Assembly: GCA_951406725.2 (NCBI GenBank)
Contig: OX597823.1
Span: 23,684,001-23,748,000 of the forward strand
DNA from: Octopus vulgaris
Lineage: Eukaryota
Direction: 5' to 3'
DNA length: 64,000 nt
Program-made: the position numbers and the translations under genes
Notes under the pieces: generated by a model
What the model saw: only the letters and a program-made list of their open reading frames with translations
Databases searched by the model: none
What the model was told of the DNA's origin: nothing
In this document: piece by piece, positions 27,715-41,600 of the stretch
How the letters are laid out: each line of letters begins with the position of its first letter
How positions within the stretch are numbered: the stretch's first letter is position 1

Positions 27715-29402
27715 ATACACACACACACACACACACACATGTGAAAGCTTGACTGAAATGAAGCTAGTATGCTTTGCTGGATGTGCAATGTCATTGTGCA
27801 TGTATGACAAAGTGTGAGCATCTTAAGAGAAAAATTAGGGATAAGGGGCATGAGATGTGGTGTCCAAATGAGACAACTGCAATGGTATGGTCATGTGAAG
27901 CATATAGATGAGGACAGTTGCATAAAAAAGTACTGATATCTAACTGTGGAGGGAAGCTGTGAAAGAAGTAGACCCTAGAAAATAAGGACAAGATGGTGAA
28001 GCATGATCCAACTAACCCATGCCAGCAGGGAAAGAAGATACTAAATGATTTTGATGATGATGATGCTATAGTTAGGTAGATAAATAGACAAATAGATGGA
28101 TATGTGTGTGTTTGTGAGTGATTTAATAAAATACAGAAAACAATTTGCATTTTGATTGTTAAAAATTACAGCGATTATAAGCTAAACAAGCACACGCATG
28201 TTTACTCACACACACACATGTAGATACATATAAGTTATTGATATCTCTATATATATAAAACTGAGAATGTGTGTGTGTCTGTCTGTTTGTCTGTCTGTGT
28301 GTTTCCCTAAAACTTGAGAACTACACAACCAATTTCATTCAAATTTTACACATGCCTTACTTGGGGTCCTGGGAGTGTCATTGGCAAAAGAAATTTTTAA
28401 CTTTTTGCCTAGAGCGAGCCCACAGCAATATCATATCTTCTCCACTACGATTCCCCAATATAATATTCATTGCATTGTGGGCATGTGATACAATATATCA
28501 GATTTTTGCTTTTGCAGTTCACATTTGCATTCACCTTCAATTCTTTTCCCAATCTCTACACTAAGAAGAAAAAAACACTCACACTGAGGATAAATGGAAA
28601 AATGGACTTAAAAATATCCTATTTGTCATCACTTACAATCCCAAGAACCACATATTCTACAAATAGCCAAACACCTTCTATGAATTCTACACCAGTCCCC
28701 ATGTCTCTGACAAATAATCAAGAAACAACAAATAATCAACAGCCAAAGACAACCAGCAGGTCTTAAGAAACTTCTAACCAAAGCAAGATTTGCATCAGAG
28801 GAAGAAATGATGCAAGTTACCAAATGTGGAGATCCCCAATGTGGGACATGTGATCTAATAGAACAGAGACCAGCCAAAAAATTCAAGAATGGAAAAGAAT
28901 TAAAGATGAATGCAAATATGAACTGTAAAAGCAAAAATCTGATCTATTGTATCACATGCCCATGATGCAATGAACATTATACTGGGGAAACGTAAACTAA
29001 ACTAACCAACTGTGTAAATGTGCATACACATATATAAAACATCCCGTACTTAGATGCATAACATCATTTGAACACCTGTGCAGAAGGAAAATTTACAATT
29101 TTCATTCTTCATAAAAAAAAATGAAGAGAACAACCTTCCCTGGAGGGGTAAAAGAAGAATATTTCATAAAATTTCTGATTCTGAAACTATACCAGAATTA
29201 GTCAACAACAATTTTACTGAAAACAACTTCCACTATATATAATAACATGTGCTTGAAAACATTAAGAAATGAAAGTGTTTGCACATCTATAAAAGCACAA
29301 CCTACACATTTTGTGAAACCTTTTCCCAAAGGTTAGTATTTTTCCAATTTCTAGAAAGGTTCTTTTCTCAGTTTTAATTCTTTTAGAAAAAAATCTTCTC
29401 TC

Positions 29403-29437
<35 letters not shown>

Positions 29438-29452
29438 GCATATGTATGTATG

Positions 29453-29506
<54 letters not shown>

Positions 29507-29700
29507 TCGTCTGGCACCTGTGCAGGTGGCACGTAAAAAGCACCCACTACACTCACGGAGTGGTTGGCGTTAGGAAGGGCATCCAGCTGTAGAAACACTG
29601 CCAGATCTGACTGGGCCTGGTGCAGCCTTCGGGCTTCTCAGACCCCAGTTGAACCGTCCAACCCATGCTAGCATGGAAAACGAACGTTAAACAATGATGA

Positions 29701-29766
<66 letters not shown>

Positions 29767-30133
29767 ATATATATATGTATGTATGTATATATATATGTAT
29801 GTATATATATATATGTATGTATGTATGTATATATATATATGTATGTATATATGTATATATATATATATATGTATGTATGTATATATATATACATATGTAT
29901 ATGTATATATATATATATGTATATATATATATGTATGTATATGTATGTATATATATATATATATATACATATGTATATGTATATATATATATACATATAT
30001 ACATATGTATATGTATATGTATATATATATATATACATATGTATATGTATATATATATATATATACATATGTATATATATATATTTATATATATATACAT
30101 ATGTATATATCTATTTGTATATATATATTTATA

Positions 30134-30174
<41 letters not shown>

Positions 30175-30190
30175 GTATATATATTTATAC

Positions 30191-30223
<33 letters not shown>

Positions 30224-30261
30224 CACATGTATATATATTTATACATATGTATGTATGTATG

Positions 30262-30298
<37 letters not shown>

Positions 30299-30501
30299 TT
30301 AAATCCTTAAAAATGTTTCAGCCCAAAAGCTGCGGTCATGCTGGGGCACCACCTTTGAATGAACTACACTAGTATGTGAAGCCACCTCTGATATGTGGCT
30401 CTTGGTCAACAAGGGAATTTGACACTCCCACATCTGTGTTTCCTGCTGAGAGGTAGGTTCATCTGGAACCTCTGACAAGAAGAGATCCAGTTTAGTATGT
30501 G

Positions 30502-30534
<33 letters not shown>

Positions 30535-30794
30535 GTATATGTATATATATATATACACATTCGTATATATATATATGTATTTATATACACATTTGTATAT
30601 ATATACACATATGTATCTATATATATATTTATAGATATGTATATATATTTATTTATACATATGTATGTATAATATATATACATATATGCATATATATATA
30701 TATATAATAATAAGTATATATATATATATATATGCACCCCACCTCACATATCATAAACACTATATATACACAATCACATACATATATATATATA

Positions 30795-30889
<95 letters not shown>

Positions 30890-33800
30890 ATTTAGGAATG
30901 GCCTTATAGGCCATTCGTCCACTAGAAAGAGCAGCCATAACTCAAACCGCTAAGTAGTAGTAATTCAGAAATTAGGTGAAAATTTAAAAGCGTTTACCCT
31001 AATTCATCTTTATACGATGCATCGTTTCGGTGTTTTTAATGGTAAACTAGCCTAATTAAATTAAATTAAATTAAATTAAGTCAATCTACCATGGGTTACA
31101 CTTCATCAGTAAAGAAACCGGGAGAGACTGATATACACGAGGCGTCTGTATCAATGCCTTCGGAATATCTGTCTTAAAATTTTCAAGACCATCGTATTCA
31201 CGCCAACTTATCAGCAGTAAATATAAACTGCCGATTCAATCTCAGAATTAGTCAGAAAATTATCAATTAATCAATTTAGGGTAGCAAAAAATTCTAATAG
31301 AAATTTATCGCTACCAGCGGTCTAGTGGGAAAGAGAAAATAGTCAAAGACTAAATATATAAAATCGCTGGTAGCGATAAATTTCTATTTGAATTTTTTGC
31401 TACCCTAAATTGATTAATTGATAATTTTCTGACTAATTCTGAGATTGAATCGGCAGTTTATATTTACTGCTGATAAGTTGGTGCGAATACGATGGTCTTG
31501 AAAATTTTAAGACAGATATTCCGAAGGCATTGATACAGACGCCTCGTGTATATCAGTCTCTCCCAGTTTCTTTACTGATGAAGTGTAACTCATGGTAGAT
31601 TGACTTAATTTAATTTAATTTAATTTAATTAGGCTAGTTTACCATTAAAAACACCGAAACGATGCATCGTATAAAGATGAATTAGGGTAAACGTTTTTAA
31701 ATTTTCACCTAATTTCTGAATTACTACTACTTAGCGGTTTGAGTTATGGCTGCTCTTTCTAGTGGACGAATGGCCTATTAAGGCCATTCCTAAATTGTTT
31801 AATTTTATATATTTAGTCTTTGACTATTTTCTCTTTCCCACTAGACCGCTGGTAGCGATAAATTTCTATTTGAATTTTTTGCTACCCTAAATTGATTAAT
31901 TGATAAATATATATATATATGTATATATATATAACTAGCAGAGTTACCTGGTGTTGCCCGTGTTACATACAATTGAAGAATTAGATTTTCTGTTATATTT
32001 TCTGTAATGAACTGGAATATCTATGTTTCAAATATCATCAAAATTGCAGATGAGGGTTATTTCCCTCTTTACACACCCAAACAAAATTGTAATCGTGCCA
32101 CATGTATCCCATACTACTGATTTTTATGCGCATATTCCAAAATTCCAGTCTTATAGAACCTGTTAAAAGGATTTTGCTCCTGAAAAATGGAGGTCATGGA
32201 GCTCTAAAATGTGAGAGTTAATGCCCCTATTGGGAGTGGGCATCTTAATGTCAATCAGAAAAGTTGAATTGTTGAGAATCTTTTTAACATGGGTCTTATA
32301 TCTATTGTTTGAATTTCTTTGAAATAGGAAATATATGTTCACTGGGTTTGTAAAAGAGAGCAAAGCTACAGGAAACGAAAAGACAAATGATCACAATAAG
32401 CAGTCAGCTACCCTACCTCAGTCGTTACCACACCCAATGTAGAATTCCTCACCATGCAGGTGACAGGCGCAGCCGTAAGATGCATTACAAATCTATAGCA
32501 ATTGGAAGGGCGTGACCCAACTGAAATAAACATTAACGACTGTGTGATGTGAGAGCTATGTAGAAATGAAAGTTAGAGTTTGCAAATGACCACTATACTG
32601 ATACATAACTGGACAGAATAAATTTGCAATCTATAAATGTCTTTGAATAACCAGTTACTCATCTGGGAAGGCCTTGAAATCAATGTTACCATCTGGGGAC
32701 TATGTGTGACCCAGTGATAATAAAAAGACTGAAAAGAGGTCTGCAACCAAATAACTTTACTCAGCACTTTGCAACTGAATCAGTGGAAGCAAAGATGCCT
32801 CTCATTTATTTGACAATTTATTTAGCACATTGCAGAAATCACAATCTAAGTGTATGTCAAAGCAAACTCTTACACTGTTGTACCATTGAATTACAAATAA
32901 TGCTCATCTTCTATGCTCGGGTGACCCTACAGATATGGAGTAGCAGCAAGTTCTGACAAGGTGGCAGCTTAAGATTTCATGTATGGATTCCACCTGTTCA
33001 TTGCAACTGAGGTGTATATTGTACAACAGGTATTGAGCTGTGATGAAACTGGCCCCTTTTTGGGGAAAAAAATGCCCAGAAGAACCTACATAACTGCAAA
33101 GAAGAAGAAAATGCCAGGCCACAAGCCTATGAAAAAACAGCTAACTCTTGCCCTTTGTGCCAAAGCAAGTGGAAACTTGAAGATTAAGCTGCTCCTTGTC
33201 TACCATTCCGAAAGCTCATGAGTGTTCAAGTTGCACATCACCTGAAGGGCAAACATTAAAGTCTGGATCATCAGGCAATTCTCTGAGTGGGTCAACCTTG
33301 TCTTCAGGCCAGCAGTGAAAATATACCTTCTGACGAACATTGTTCCTCACAAGGCCCTCCTCCTCCTTGAAAATGCTCCTGCTCACCCTCCTAACTTCAA
33401 AGATGATATCCTGGATGAATTTTAGTTTATAAAAGTTATGTACCTTTCATGCAACACCACCAGTATCTTGCAGTCCATGGACCAACATGTGATTTCTAAT
33501 TTTAAGAAATCATGCACCAAACACCTGTTTCATCAGTGCTTTGAAGTCACTGAAAATACAATATCTTTGAGTTTTGGATGGCGCACTACAACATTGCCTG
33601 AAAATCATCAATATGGCCTGGCAGAGTGTAATGAGGAGAACGTTGAATTCTGCATGGAAGAAACTGTGACCTGACAGTGTATCCGAAAGAGATTTTGAGG
33701 AGTTTGAGTTACCTGCAATAAAGGAGATAGTATCTCTTGGCAAGTCCATGGGCACTGAGGTAGATGATGGGGACACTAATAATCTCATCAAGGAACACTC

Positions 33801-34455
33801 AGAGGAGTGATGACAGATGAATTCCAGAGGAGGACTTAGCATATGTTGAAGTGTGCAGTCTGCCCAAACATTACAGATATGATACTTTTCACAATGAAAC
33901 AGCTTTCATTCCATGTACCTTACTTTCTTATTTCTTTGTTGCCCACAAGAGGCTAAACATAGAGGGGATAAACAAGGACAGACAAAGGGATTACATCGAC
34001 CCCAGTGCATAACTGGTACTTAATTTGTCAACCCTGAAAGGATGAAAGGCAAAGTCAACCTCAGCGGAATTTGAACTCAGAACATAACTGCAGACGAAAT
34101 ACAGCTAAGCATCTCGTCTGGCTTGCTAACGTTTCTGCTAGCTTGCTGCCTTTCTGCCATACAGATACCTCTACATCCACTTACGTCATCCAATTCTTTT
34201 AATCTGTAAGTCTAGGTCATTTCGGAGGCAATGTTAGGATTTCATTTTAATCTAAGCTGCTATTCTACATGTTTTTAATGTCAATAATTCCAGCATTGTT
34301 CATCACAAAATGACCAAGAAACAGTTTTATGAAGAAAAGTTGTTTGCTTCACATTCAACTTGTGCTGATACTGCCCATAAGAAAGAAACAAATTCTACAA
34401 TGTGGCCGTAGGTCATAGCACCCGGACAATGCTGGGATGCATTGCTTGTATATTA

Positions 34456-34510
<55 letters not shown>

Positions 34511-37500
34511 AGAATTTTTTGTGTAATGTGATAAAAAAAACCAAGGCTGTATAGATATTAGAGCATTTATAGATAGAAGGTCTTACAGCTGTTTCTAGGA
34601 TATTAATTAATAATATCACTTCATCAGAGACGTTGTGAGAGGAAAAATTAAGTCGTATTTAATTTCGATGTGATACAAATAGAGAGTGAGGTGGAGAGAA
34701 AATAGATGTAAGATATGTATGGGTATTGAATTCGTAAATCCATTTTATATATATATACACACACACACACACATGCATTTATGTATGTATTTATATTTGA
34801 GTACATATTTCTTCTATTTGTTTCAGTTTGATTTTGATTTTGATTTTTCCAGTTTCAGCTAATGAGCTGTGGCCATGCTGGGGCACCGCCATTAATATAT
34901 TCTATTTCAAATTTGTCATTATCTTTTCATTTTCACCCTCCTAACATATATTCGCTATTAATCTCAATTTCTCTTATCACTTCCAGTCATCAGAATAATT
35001 GACTGTGGACCTCCAAAAGACATTGCTACTACATCAAAGTCTTACAATTCCACCACCTATAAATCTGAAGTAATCTATACATGTCCAAGAGGAGAAAAAT
35101 TAAAATCAGTATGTGAAAAGGACAATGAATGGGCTCCATTGTCATCTAGTTGTAAAGGTAATGTAAATAGGTTCTCTCTTCTTGCCTTTACCTATATGAA
35201 TTATCAAGGTGAAGATGAAAGTAAAAATAGTTTGTTTTCTTTGGGAAAAAATTCCAAAATCAGTAGTAAAGTGATGTTTCTTGCCATGACCAGACTACTC
35301 ATATTTAATTACATTCTTTTACATTCTGGATTCAAATCCTACCAGTAGATACATCACCTTTTATGCTTCTGAAGTTGATAAAAAAGCATTAGTTAAATAG
35401 TAAGTTTCATTCATTTTCATGTACCCTCACACTGCAAAAATTTGTGACTTTATTACCAGCAACAATAATTATAATAATTCTTGTTGAAGGCAAACGATTA
35501 AGAAAATCATTCAAGCATCAAGCAAAATGTTTTGTGATATTTGTTCTGGCTTTTGAACTTCTGGGTTCAAATCTGGCTTTTGACTACTTTATCTTTCTGA
35601 GGCCAATATGTAAAAATGCTGCCAATCAAGGGTTGAAGTGTATTTTAATCAGCCAATTCCTACCATGACTCTGTTAGTTAATATATTTCATTGATCTAAA
35701 TTTTAATTTAATTTCAGTCACTGACATCCTTTTTTTGAAAGTAAAAGATGCAATTCTGGATGTATCTGGGAAAATATTGTGGCCTAAGAAAAATGTAACA
35801 GCAGAAGCCTGTAAGAAAAAATGTCTGTCTGACAAAGATTGTTTATCATTTGAAATAAATAAAGAAAAGGGACAATGTTACTTATCGAAGGGAAGTGCAG
35901 CTTCTTCCAAGAAATTAAAGTCAGCCAAAGGCAAAGATTACTACCAACGAGGGAAACGTAATTATTATTTGTATTTTATTATTGGTCTGCTTTTTTTCTT
36001 TTTTTTTTCTGAAGTTTGTGATTCAGTTTACACTTTATGTTATATAGAACACCATTTCTCTTAAAACATTGACAGGTTTACCTATGAGGAGAGACATAAA
36101 CATGTTCTTGACAAAAAAAAAAGGAAAAAAGACAATATTAAGAACTGTATACACTGTTAAAACATTCTGGTACAGCATTTGTTCAACTTGAATACTTTTC
36201 TATATATTTTCAGTTGTTTGTTTCTTATTTTAAGTCAGAAAGGAAACTATTGTTCTTTTACTTAAACTTGAAGAGTAGCAGCAGCAGCAAGTTTTTATTC
36301 ATTTGTCTATTTTGGCATGACTTATTGCTGGTACAACAAAGTGTTTCACAAGGGATGTTATGTTCTACATAACACAATATACAAAATAACAGAGAAATAA
36401 ATGCCAATCTGCAGATTCATGTATTTTCTACATTTTGACATGGTTGCTATGGCTGGATGCCCTTCCTATCACCAACCATTATACCACATGAAGAAAATAC
36501 ATTTTCTTATACTGCTAGAATTAGAAAAACTATTTACAAGGACTAAAGAATCACCTCACTTTAGATAGGTTTCTATTCAAAGTAGTTCCATGGCTTTAAA
36601 AACATACAATCCAGCAAATTCAATCAGTTTGAGCACAAGGACTTTTGTATTCATTTTGAAATCCTTCAACATTGAAATCTTAGACATAAGGGAAAATTCA
36701 TTAAATTTATTGATCTCAGTATTAAAATACTTGTGCATGTAAGTATGTCATTACTTTCATGATAAGCCTCTTGGGCCAAAAAGAATGTGCAGCTATTTTT
36801 CTGTATAACTATGCAGAACTGCAACTAGGCTGGAGTGAGAGATATTACTGCAATACTTAACCTGGGCTCCTTCAAAAAGTTCAAGCATATTCAAAGATAA
36901 GTTTTGTACAGAGCCACACTTTTTGTCTCTGAATAGACGAGAGAAAACCCTTGCATATGAATGTATACATATACAAGTGGGGTACTTGAACTTAAGTTCA
37001 TATGTATGCATATAGATATGTGTGTAACATAGCAGGTATGAAATTATGCATGCATGCATATATTTTATGTGAGACTTTCCAGTGTTTCAACCTTGAACTG
37101 ACAAATTCAAATGCATAACTACATGCGTACATACATTCATACAGGCATACATGCATGCATACATACACACACACACACTTAACTACATACATACATATGT
37201 ATGTGAATAGCATTGTACGAGTTGGCAGTGAACTCCTCAAGAAGCACTCTCTTTCTGATGGTCTCCTATACAGCCCCAAAACAACTGGGCTCTTTTTTTC
37301 TCAGGGAAGACTCGGCATACAAAAAAAAAATCTATGCATGGGTTACATTGCCCAGAAGCTTGAAGAAGATAGTAGAATTGAGACAGAATGCAGCCTCTCT
37401 TGGATACAAGACCACTACATCACATCACACTTTGAAAACTATGCGTTTGCAATCCAGGAACAGGAGATGGCCCCAAAGTACCTGGTGAACAAGAGAGACA

Positions 37501-38580
37501 GTGATGCTCTTATAATCCCAAGGTGCAACCGCATATGTAGGCTAGGTCATGGTTTGTGGAAGACATCACACATGCGATTAGCAGCTGTCCTAAAATGTCA
37601 TTACAGTACTACCTTTCTGTGCAGCATGATTTTGTTGCTAAAACAATTTACAATGCCATCCGCAAAAAAGACTGTCCTGAAATAAACTCAGAAAATCCCT
37701 CTGTTATGGAATACATTCATAAACACCAACTCAAGGAATACTGATGGAATACTCCCATCAAAACCTCTGTCAAATGTAAACATAACAAGCCAGATATTGT
37801 TGTTCGGGACTGAGCGGCAAAAGTATGTACCATCATAGAGGTCAGCTACCCTGCAGATATAAATATCTCTTTGAAAATCAAAGTAAAAGAGGATATCAGA
37901 CTATGAATTCATATTCATACTAATAATAATTGGAGCACTAGTAAATGCTTAAAAGAGAATCATGGATAAAGTAGGATTATCAGAAAGAGAAACTGATCAG
38001 CTATTTCGTACATTACAAGTGCGTGCAGTCTCTGAGTGCAAAACATATGCAAGACTTCTCAAGTCCCAAATGTGACTTTGTCTGTGTTAACTTCATCCCA
38101 AAGAATCATCTGCAACTTAGACATTGAGACAAGTTTTAAAATGAGTCTTAAGATGTTCTAAGACTCAGGTGAATTGTTTTGTAACTTGTGGATCATTTTG
38201 TGAATCATTTGTTTGTGCATAATGCATGTGTATGGATGTGTAAATGTGTATGTCTGCATTTAAAATGTATTCTTTCTTCTTTTTCTTCTAGCCAATAATG
38301 AACATTTCATGCTTAAAAAAGTTAGCATACCAGTGGGGGATATTTTAGGACAGCATAAGAATAAGACCTTAAAGGAATGTAATGAAGAATGCTACGAATA
38401 TGATGGATGTAATTCTTACCAGTACAGTGAAGAAAATAATTTATGTGTTCTGAGTAATGTGACTCAGTCGACCGATAAACTTAAACCCAGCAAAAAAAAT
38501 GTGGATGTGTACATAACTAACCCTGGTCAGTAGACTATTTTCATTTTATTTATTGTATGCATGTGCTTTTTGTATTTGCA

Positions 38581-38617
<37 letters not shown>

Positions 38618-41600
38618 ACTGCAATGCTGCATAGCAAAAGACATGGTCTTGACTGCAGAAGATGTGAAAAGACTGCCCTTCCCCCACATTTCTCCTGACA
38701 AACCTCTATTCCTCCTTCAGCCAGGACCATGTTTCTTCCTTGCTACCTGAAAACATATCACTTGTTAGCCATTCTTCATTAAGTAATATTGCTCTCTAAC
38801 CCACACATTACACTGGTCATTCTCTCCTCCATCCCTCCTCTCCTCACTGGACCATCATATTATCCCTTCTCATACCCTAAATATGCCTCCACCTTCCTTC
38901 AGCTCCAACCATTTGTAATCACTTCTTTGTCCCCTCTCTCTATCAATTCTATCATTACTATCATGTAGTTACTTTCCCCTGCACACTTCTTGCATCCTTC
39001 TTCTTTCCCTAACTCATGTACCATTGGCCATCCTCCTTTCCTCTCATTCATCAGTCCTAACAGCCACCCTTCATCACTACCCAATCTTTATAGATGCTGC
39101 TTACCAACTCTCATCCATTGCCTCACTACACATTGTTGTAACTCACACTGACTCAGTCCGAGTTTCTCTGTTCTCACTCACTTCTACTCACCTTGAAAAT
39201 TAAGGTGCCACATAAATACCTCTTCATTACTTTTTTTTTTCAGCTACTAGTGATTAATTCTTGCACTGTCCCCCAAATGTGAATAACCAGATGGCTCTTC
39301 TACATCAAGTATCTACTCTACTCCATCTTCTTCTCTCATATTATCTGTCAGCTTCTAGCATAAAGCTATTATAACTCTGCTCTAGAATTTGTAGTCTTGC
39401 AAGCTGCATGGCAACTTTACTAGTGGCACAAGGAAAGCACCTTTTACACATTGTTAAGTGGATGGCATTTGAAAGAGCATCCAGTCATAGAAACCTTAGC
39501 AAAGTAGTAACTGGAGCACAATGCAGTCTTATCAAACTGTCCAGCTGACAATAAAATGAAAAGTATAGATAGTCTCTAACAGCTGTCTCTGGGATATCCC
39601 TGCTCCTGGGACATAATGCCAAGTGAAGATTCCATATGCTGTATATTCCATCATCGGAGAGAGATAGATAGGTAGAGATAGGTCAAGCATATGTAACAGT
39701 GGAATAAAAGTTTCTCATCAGTGGCAGTTGCTGTGGTTCCTTATGTCCAGAGAGGGAGGAGAATTCCAAATAAATCCAGTTAGATCATGTGTAATTAGGT
39801 ATTCCTTAAGTAAAATAATGATCAGAGAGGATGGCTAGATTGTAGTCCATAGAGAGGAAAAATGGATGCTAGAAGTTCCAGGAGTACATCATACTGTACT
39901 GATTAGTAAATATCTAATGCAAAACTCCTATCTATCTATCATTCTCCCACCAAAGTGTATCATAATAATTCTTCCTCTCAATATTTTTCCAAATTTGGAA
40001 TGACTACGTTTCACTTGGCTTGACGAGATTTCTCAATCACAGCACAGTTTGAGATCAGCACTTCTTTATGTGGCTCTCTTCATCTAATGCCTCTTATGCC
40101 TCTTTTTCTCCCAAGACACTTACACTGTATTTTATAAGCACACTGACATTGTATATCTGGTTCCTTCTTCAAATTTTTCTTTCTGTATGGTTCAAATCCT
40201 ACTTCAGGATTTTTAATATTTTTCACCATGTGTGGTTCAGCTCTGTGTTAGTTTTATCTGCCACAGCATGTAGTTTGACTCCTCGTCACCACTGATATGA
40301 CCTGCATTATGACGACGTATTTCATCATCTGCGTGACTGGCCCATATAGCATACCTCACTGACTGACACTACTTGCTGTGTCTGTCCACTATTTATTAGT
40401 AGTGGACCAGTCTACTTCTCACTTAGGGGTGTCCACCACAACAGTTAGAAACCAGCTCTTTCTCTATTGGCAAGAAATCTTTGAATAAAACTGAATAATG
40501 ACATATATGCATATGCATAATAACATACATGTATTATATCTGTGTGCAAATTTCTTCCATTTCTTTCATTCCATATCTTTTATTGAATGAGGTGATATCA
40601 AAAAGTTCCCAGACTAGTTCTATAGCACACCAACAGATGGCTGCATTCAGTTGTATGTGTAGTGAGAGCTAGAAGTAACCTTCATGACGTAGTGCACTGA
40701 GTAACATTTAAGTGTTTACTTTGCAAATTGTGAAATTTGTGTTTTTGTAATCATGTGTATGCTGTAGTCTGCAATTTTTGTCATAGACAAGAAGCTGGAA
40801 CAAAGAGCCAACATGTAATTTTGTGTTAAACTTTGAAAGTCTGCTGCAGAGACTTTGAGCATGCTTTGCCAAGCTTATGTCAATGAGTTGTACATAATAA
40901 TTCGAGTGGCATGGACACTTCAAAGATGGAAGAATGTCCCTGGAAGATGATGGGCATTCTTGATGACCTGCCATCAGGGCACCCCCAGAAATGAAAAAAT
41001 TCATCAGCTCGTGCATGAAGATTTTTGAGGACAATCAGTGGCATTACTCGTGTTGTTATTTAGTTGTATGTGTCTGTGCAGGCAATCCTCACATCTGAAT
41101 TGAACATGCGACATGTCTCTTCCAAGTTTTTTCCCCCATCTACTGACCACTAAGCAGAAAGAACATTGTGTTGAAGTCTGTTAAGATTTCTGTCAGGATG
41201 TTACTGATGACCCATCCTTCATATTGAGGAACATCACTAGTGATGAGAGTTGAGTCTAAGTAGTATTCATCACAATGGAAGAGCCCTTCATCTCTGCAAC
41301 TGAAGAAGGCACAACAGAGCTGCAGCTCAGTCTAGAGCATTCCCATCATTTATTTCAATATCCGTGGTATTGAGCATAGAGAATTCATCAACCAGGGCCA
41401 GACCATCAATCAGGAGTTCTGCCATGATATTGTGAAGTGCTTGAAGGAGGACATTCAGCAAAAGCAACTGGATCCGTGGAGCTCGAAGAATTAGATTCTT
41501 TATGATGCACTCTATCACTGAGCTATGCACATTCATAAGTTTCTTGCCAAAAGTGACTTTATGCCACTTCTACACCTGCCCTATTCACCAGATTTAACAC

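Larger units (their letters stand above)
30887..31907. mobile_element. Young hammerhead-bearing non-coding retroelement (retrozyme or Penelope pLTR-like): inverted plus tandem copies of a ~482-bp monomer
   Basis: Arms 30887-31319 and 31365-31798 are near-perfect reverse complements. cgctggtagcgataaattt recurs at 31365 and 31847. Flanked by (TA)n. No ORF. Confidence 0.8.

Noticed and set aside
29553-30922. Long YI/IY/CV/HT-repeat ORFs, also at 4861-6075, 6624-6945 and 54451-54699
   Set aside because: They are translations of (TA)n, (TG)n and (TATG)n microsatellites.
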